Part shown: positions 27,768-32,000 of the stretch, piece by piece
How the letters are laid out: the number at the start of each line of letters is the position of its first letter
Numbering within the stretch: position 1 is the stretch's first letter
DNA from: Candidatus Heimdallarchaeota archaeon
Lineage (GTDB): Archaea > Asgardarchaeota > Heimdallarchaeia > Heimdallarchaeales > Heimdallarchaeaceae
Assembly (NCBI GenBank): GCA_030668875.1
Contig: DAOVER010000031.1
Span: 1-32,000 of the forward strand
DNA length: 32,000 bases
Reading direction: 5' to 3'
Program-made: the position numbers and the translations under genes
Notes under the pieces: model-generated
Seen by the model: the letters and a program-made list of their open reading frames with translations, nothing else
The model's database searches: none
Told to the model about the DNA's origin: nothing

Positions 27768-28603
27768 TTCCTTTTCCTCCTAGTGACCTGATTAGTTGCA
27801 ATAAGAATAGCTATACCGCCAACTGCTGCAATAGATGCTAGAAATGGGAAGGCCACTCTCAGACTATGAGTTCTAGATAACGATAATCTCTTGAAATTCT
27901 GAGCGATTGTCACATTATATTGAGGCCACCAATAATCTGTGTTTTCAGGTTCTTGAGGATCTGTATATAATGGTGATTCTCCACCATAGGTAGTAAAATT
28001 ACCATATATAATTGTCTGATCTTTATTTATTTGTTGCCAAATACCTACACTACCAATTTGAGTATTCAATCTTACAATATGTATGGGCAATCTTAGTTTA
28101 TATATTAATTGCGCATACAATTCTGAATCAAATAATTCTTCATGTGTATATTTTATTTTATTTATAATTGTCGCATATATGGGTGCAAGTTCTTCATCAT
28201 ATTCAGCTGTTTCATTATCCATAACATCTTCAGTCATGGTGACCCAAGATATTCCTTCACTTGTAACATTGAAACCATATTTTCCCCTCAGACTTGTGGT
28301 TTCAAAGAAATCTGAATATTGTGGGGCGTTCCGTATAGGTTGTATTCCATGTAATGCAACAAGGGCGTCAACTCCTGTAATATCGTCCTGTTCCAAACAA
28401 AATAGAAATGTTCGCGTTTGTAAAGGATCAACATAATACGAAGGAATAACTTTAACTCGGTATTTCTGCTGTGTAACAACGCCTTGAAACTCCCATTTTT
28501 CCTCACCAACAACAGCATTGATAGTGACTGTTGAACTAGAAAGGAAAGGAGCTATCAAAAGCGAAACAATAAATGCTATACTAATAAATCTGGACTGTTT
28601 CAC
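27764..28603 (-). CDS. Hypothetical secreted/surface protein, probable paralog of the downstream gene
   Basis: GTG start after GGAGG, signal peptide, sequons, C-terminal TM then RRKRK; ATGA overlap with the next gene. Confidence 0.75.
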   Translation of the reverse strand: MKQSRFISIAFIVSLLIAPFLSSSTVTINAVVGEEKWEFQGVVTQQKYRVKVIPSYYVDPLQTRTFLFCLEQDDITGVDALVALHGIQPIRNAPQYSDFFETTSLRGKYGFNVTSEGISWVTMTEDVMDNETAEYDEELAPIYATIINKIKYTHEELFDSELYAQLIYKLRLPIHIVRLNTQIGSVGIWQQINKDQTIIYGNFTTYGGESPLYTDPQEPENTDYWWPQYNVTIAQNFKRLSLSRTHSLRVAFPFLASIAAVGGIAILIATNQVTRRKRK

Positions 28604-28750
28604 TCATTTTCCTCCAAATCATATCTTCTGAAAGAAAGGTTTGTATGACATTTATAAAGATTATTGATAAGTTCCAAATTGTGAAAAAACTATTTTGTAT
28701 AAAATGCCAAATCATAAATTTTATATCGTTAAAAGGAATTCTTAAACCAG

Positions 28751-30565
28751 ATGTCATGGCTAGAGAACAGAAAACGTGTCCACTCTTTTAAGGAGATTAT
28801 GGCGGTTATCGCTCCATATCTCTCAAAAAGTATACCTCTATTCATTTTTGTTAGTTCTGTTGCTTTTTTAGCAGCTGTTTTAGGCTTAGCAACTCCTTTA
28901 TTGATAAGAGAAGCCATTAATAACGCTATTGATACAGAGAGTATCTCTTTGATTTGGATCATAGGAGGAGCAGTTTTTGGAACAGCAATAGTTGGGGGGG
29001 TCATGCAATTTTTATCTAGATATTATGCAGCTGTTTACGCACAAAGAGTGATATTTGATTTGCGAAATGATATCTATCAAATACTCCAACAATTGAGTTT
29101 GGAGTTTTATGACGATGAAAATACAGGTCAAATAATGACCAGAGTCACAACAGATCTTAATGCAATTCAAGGATTTGTTAGTTTTACAATTAGACTGGTC
29201 ATGAATGGATTTATCTTCTTTATTGGGGCATATATTGCTATGATTATCATGAGCTGGCAACTAGGATTAATACTCGTTGCACTGTTTCCCGGATTTATCT
29301 GGTTGATTTATTGGTTTAGCACAAAAGTAAGACCATTATTCTACCAAGCACGCAAGCAATTTGGAGCAGTTACATCATTATTGCAAGAAAATGTTACAGG
29401 AGCTCATGTTGTTCGAGGATTTTCTCAAGAGGAAAGTGAGATTGAGAAATTTGATGAATCAAATGTTGTTTACAGAGACCTTCGAATCAAAACACAAGTT
29501 TATAGAGCAATATATTTCTCAAGTATGACCTTGCTTATCGGAGTCGGCACAACTTTAGTAGTTGTTGTTGGGGGGATTTTTGTTACTAATGGAAGCCTTA
29601 GTTTGGGAGATTTTATTGCCTTTTTATCTTATTTATCTTTATTACCTGGACCCACAAGACAATTGACATGGTTAGTAGGTATAATTCAGAGAATGTTAGC
29701 AAGTGGAGATAGAATTATAGAATTAATCGGTGCTAAACGAGAAGTTCAAGAGGATCCGAAAGCTATTGACCCTCCGAAGTTTCTAGGTGATATCGAATAT
29801 CAAGACGTTCATTTTGAATACGAAGAAGGAGTAACAATTCTGAAAAATATTAATATAAAGATTCCACATGGACAGAAGGTTGTTGTTTTGGGAGGAACAG
29901 GTAGTGGAAAGAGTAGTTTTGTAAATCTGTTGGTGAGATTTTATGACCCATCTGAAGGTCAAGTACTTATTGACGGAAAGAACATAAAAAAATACAAAAT
30001 GAAGAAAATGAGACAACAAATTGGACTGGTTCTCCAAGAAACTATGTTATTCAATGATACCATAAAAGAAAATATCGCATTCGGAAAACCAGATGCTGTA
30101 TTCGATGAAATTATTTCAGCAACAAAAGCTGCAAAAATTCATAATTTTATTGCAGAACTTCCAGATAAGTATGAAACAAAGGTTGGAGATAGAGGAATAA
30201 CGTTGTCAGGAGGACAAAAGCAAAGAATTTCAATTGCTAGGACTCTTCTGATAGACCCTACAATACTCATTTTTGATGACTCAACAGCTTCAGTAGATGC
30301 TGAAACCGAAGCTTATATTCAAGAAGCTTTGGATATACTAAGTCTTGGAAGAACTACAATAATAATCTCACAACGTATTTCCTCTGTACACTATGCTGAC
30401 AGAATATTAGTTTTTGAAAAGGGAAAAATAGTTCAAGATGGGACTCATGATGAACTTATTAAAATTGGAGGGTTATATCTAAAAATCTATGAAACTCTTG
30501 CACAAAGTTATGTGAAAACTAGTACAACAATGGATACTAATTATAAATTAAGGAGGAAGGAGTAA
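28751..30565 (+). CDS. ABC exporter half-transporter (TMD+NBD) with degenerate catalytic motifs, TM287/MdlA-like
   Basis: GGTGSGKS, LSGGQKQR, Walker B LIFDDS (E to D), switch ISQR (H to Q). Confidence 0.93.
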   Translation: MSWLENRKRVHSFKEIMAVIAPYLSKSIPLFIFVSSVAFLAAVLGLATPLLIREAINNAIDTESISLIWIIGGAVFGTAIVGGVMQFLSRYYAAVYAQRVIFDLRNDIYQILQQLSLEFYDDENTGQIMTRVTTDLNAIQGFVSFTIRLVMNGFIFFIGAYIAMIIMSWQLGLILVALFPGFIWLIYWFSTKVRPLFYQARKQFGAVTSLLQENVTGAHVVRGFSQEESEIEKFDESNVVYRDLRIKTQVYRAIYFSSMTLLIGVGTTLVVVVGGIFVTNGSLSLGDFIAFLSYLSLLPGPTRQLTWLVGIIQRMLASGDRIIELIGAKREVQEDPKAIDPPKFLGDIEYQDVHFEYEEGVTILKNINIKIPHGQKVVVLGGTGSGKSSFVNLLVRFYDPSEGQVLIDGKNIKKYKMKKMRQQIGLVLQETMLFNDTIKENIAFGKPDAVFDEIISATKAAKIHNFIAELPDKYETKVGDRGITLSGGQKQRISIARTLLIDPTILIFDDSTASVDAETEAYIQEALDILSLGRTTIIISQRISSVHYADRILVFEKGKIVQDGTHDELIKIGGLYLKIYETLAQSYVKTSTTMDTNYKLRRKE

Positions 30566-32000
30566 TGGGATGGGCATTTCACCGTATGACAAGAGAGGAG
30601 GAAGAAAGAGAGAAGAAATATTCTGACTGGACTTTATTCAAACGAGTATTTCGTGTTTTTGGATATTATAAAACTGAAACAATTTCCGTTATTGCTATCG
30701 TATTAACGGTCTCACTTTTTTCAACATCTATACCCATACTTATGCAACAAACCATTGATATGTTTATCAAACCTGGAATAGCAGATTTCACTACGCAAAT
30801 TATAATCATGGGTGCGTGCTATCTCGTATTCATCATTTTGAATTTCTTCCTTATCTTAGCAAGAACAATTTTCTTTGCCAAATTGGGTCAAAAACTAATT
30901 TATCGGATTAGAAATGATTTATTTACTAAACTTCAATATCTTTCATTTGATTACTTTACAGAAACTGAATCTGGAAGGACAATTTCTAAAGTTACAAACG
31001 ATGTTGATGCTTTAGGAGAACTGCTTACAACAGGAATTATTGATATTTTTGCAGATTTTGTAAGTCTAATTTGGATCTTAATAATCATGTTTGTTTATGA
31101 TGTTCAAATGACTTTACTCACATTTACTGTGATACCGATTCTACTAGTTACAGCATATTTATTCCAGAAGAGAGTTAGATCTGTCTATAGAAAAACAAGA
31201 GTTGCAATTGCAAAAGTTACTGCCAACTTACAAGAAACAATTACTGGAGTTAGAGTTACTAAATCCCTATCTAGGGAGGAAAAAAACATCGAAAACTTCG
31301 CTGACTTGAACAAAGAAAATTATGAAGCTAACGTAGAAGCAGCTAGTGTATCTTCGCTATTTATGCCATTGATTCAGATTATTGCAGCACTAGGAAGTAC
31401 AATTGTGATTATCTTTGGAGGATCTGCATTTATATCTGGAAGAATTACTATTGGAGTACTTTACGCATTTTTAGATTATTCGAATCGTTTCTTTGGACCT
31501 GTAATTAGTCTCTTCACTTTCTATACAATTATACAATCAGGATTTGCAAGTGCTGAAAGAATCTTTGATGTTCTAGATGAACAACCATCTGTTAAAAATT
31601 CTCTTAACCCTGTTTTTCCTAGAGAGATTAAAGGTAAACTAGAGTTGATAGGAGTAAGTTTCAATTATCAAGAAAACGTCCAAGTATTGAAGAACATCAA
31701 TTTAACCATTGAAGAAGGTTCAAGTATTGCTCTAGTAGGAAAAACAGGTGCAGGAAAGACCACAATCACCAAATTACTATCACGATATTATGATGTAAAT
31801 AATGGTGAATTATTGGTGGATGGAATCAACATCAAAGACATCGATCTTGAGATATTACGAAAAAACATAGCAGTCGTTCCACAAGATGTTTATCTTTTTA
31901 GTGGCACTATAATGGAAAATCTGAAGTATGGTAGGAAGGTAGCTACAGACGATGAGGTCTTTGACTTATGTCTTGTCCTTGGTCTTCATGATTACATTCT
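30565..32000 (+). CDS. Partner ABC exporter half-transporter (TM288/MdlB-like), truncated by window end
   Basis: ATG 30565 overlaps the upstream TAA after AGGAGG. Reads MGWAFHRMTREEEERE...RIRNDLFTKLQYLSFDYF...TNDVDAL...ASAERIFDVLD...VGKTGAGKTT...VPQDVYLFSGTIMENL, open to the end. Absent from the ORF track. Confidence 0.93.
   Translation, partial: MGWAFHRMTREEEEREKKYSDWTLFKRVFRVFGYYKTETISVIAIVLTVSLFSTSIPILMQQTIDMFIKPGIADFTTQIIIMGACYLVFIILNFFLILARTIFFAKLGQKLIYRIRNDLFTKLQYLSFDYFTETESGRTISKVTNDVDALGELLTTGIIDIFADFVSLIWILIIMFVYDVQMTLLTFTVIPILLVTAYLFQKRVRSVYRKTRVAIAKVTANLQETITGVRVTKSLSREEKNIENFADLNKENYEANVEAASVSSLFMPLIQIIAALGSTIVIIFGGSAFISGRITIGVLYAFLDYSNRFFGPVISLFTFYTIIQSGFASAERIFDVLDEQPSVKNSLNPVFPREIKGKLELIGVSFNYQENVQVLKNINLTIEEGSSIALVGKTGAGKTTITKLLSRYYDVNNGELLVDGINIKDIDLEILRKNIAVVPQDVYLFSGTIMENLKYGRKVATDDEVFDLCLVLGLHDYI

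Noticed and set aside
1505-30037. Short antisense or alternate-frame ORFs in the track (1505, 3408, 5278, 7713, 10489, 13919, 16709, 17807, 18933, 19499, 20540, 22505, 23495, 25408, 28083, 28288, 28729, 29012, 29783)
   Set aside because: Each lies wholly or largely within a longer, well-supported gene and shows no motif or independent start signal.

Overview
AT-rich archaeal chromosomal window, most likely an Asgard archaeon and probably Heimdallarchaeia-like. This is inferred from ribosomal protein S17e, BRE/TATA promoters, an ESCRT-II Vps22/Vps36-like gene and lineage-type surface proteins. The window starts inside a solo IS200/IS605-family tnpB that the ORF track missed. It then carries mostly housekeeping genes: DRG GTPase, amidohydrolase, frameshifted DUF362, MFS, an ABC-2 exporter, HPS-like protein, beta-CASP RNase, uridine phosphorylase, class II HMG-CoA reductase, S17e, KaiC-like ATPase, PIN-TPR protein, epimerase, two tandem inositol-3-phosphate synthase homologs, a polyprenyl synthase and a heterodimeric ABC exporter whose second gene (also missed by the track) runs off the end. 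The most unusual signals are five. (1) An intact NuoJ-K-L-N-like operon has lost almost all canonical proton-translocating charged residues and has no NuoM. (2) An ESCRT-II subunit gene sits alone, away from any ESCRT cluster. (3) A candidate ~50-nt sRNA has a TATA box, a 12-bp hairpin, an anti-SD-like tail and a U-tract. (4) The second inositol synthase paralog has a rewired active site. (5) The TnpB belongs to the rearranged-RuvC-II class. All family assignments come from motifs read by eye and recalled reference sequences; no searches were run.
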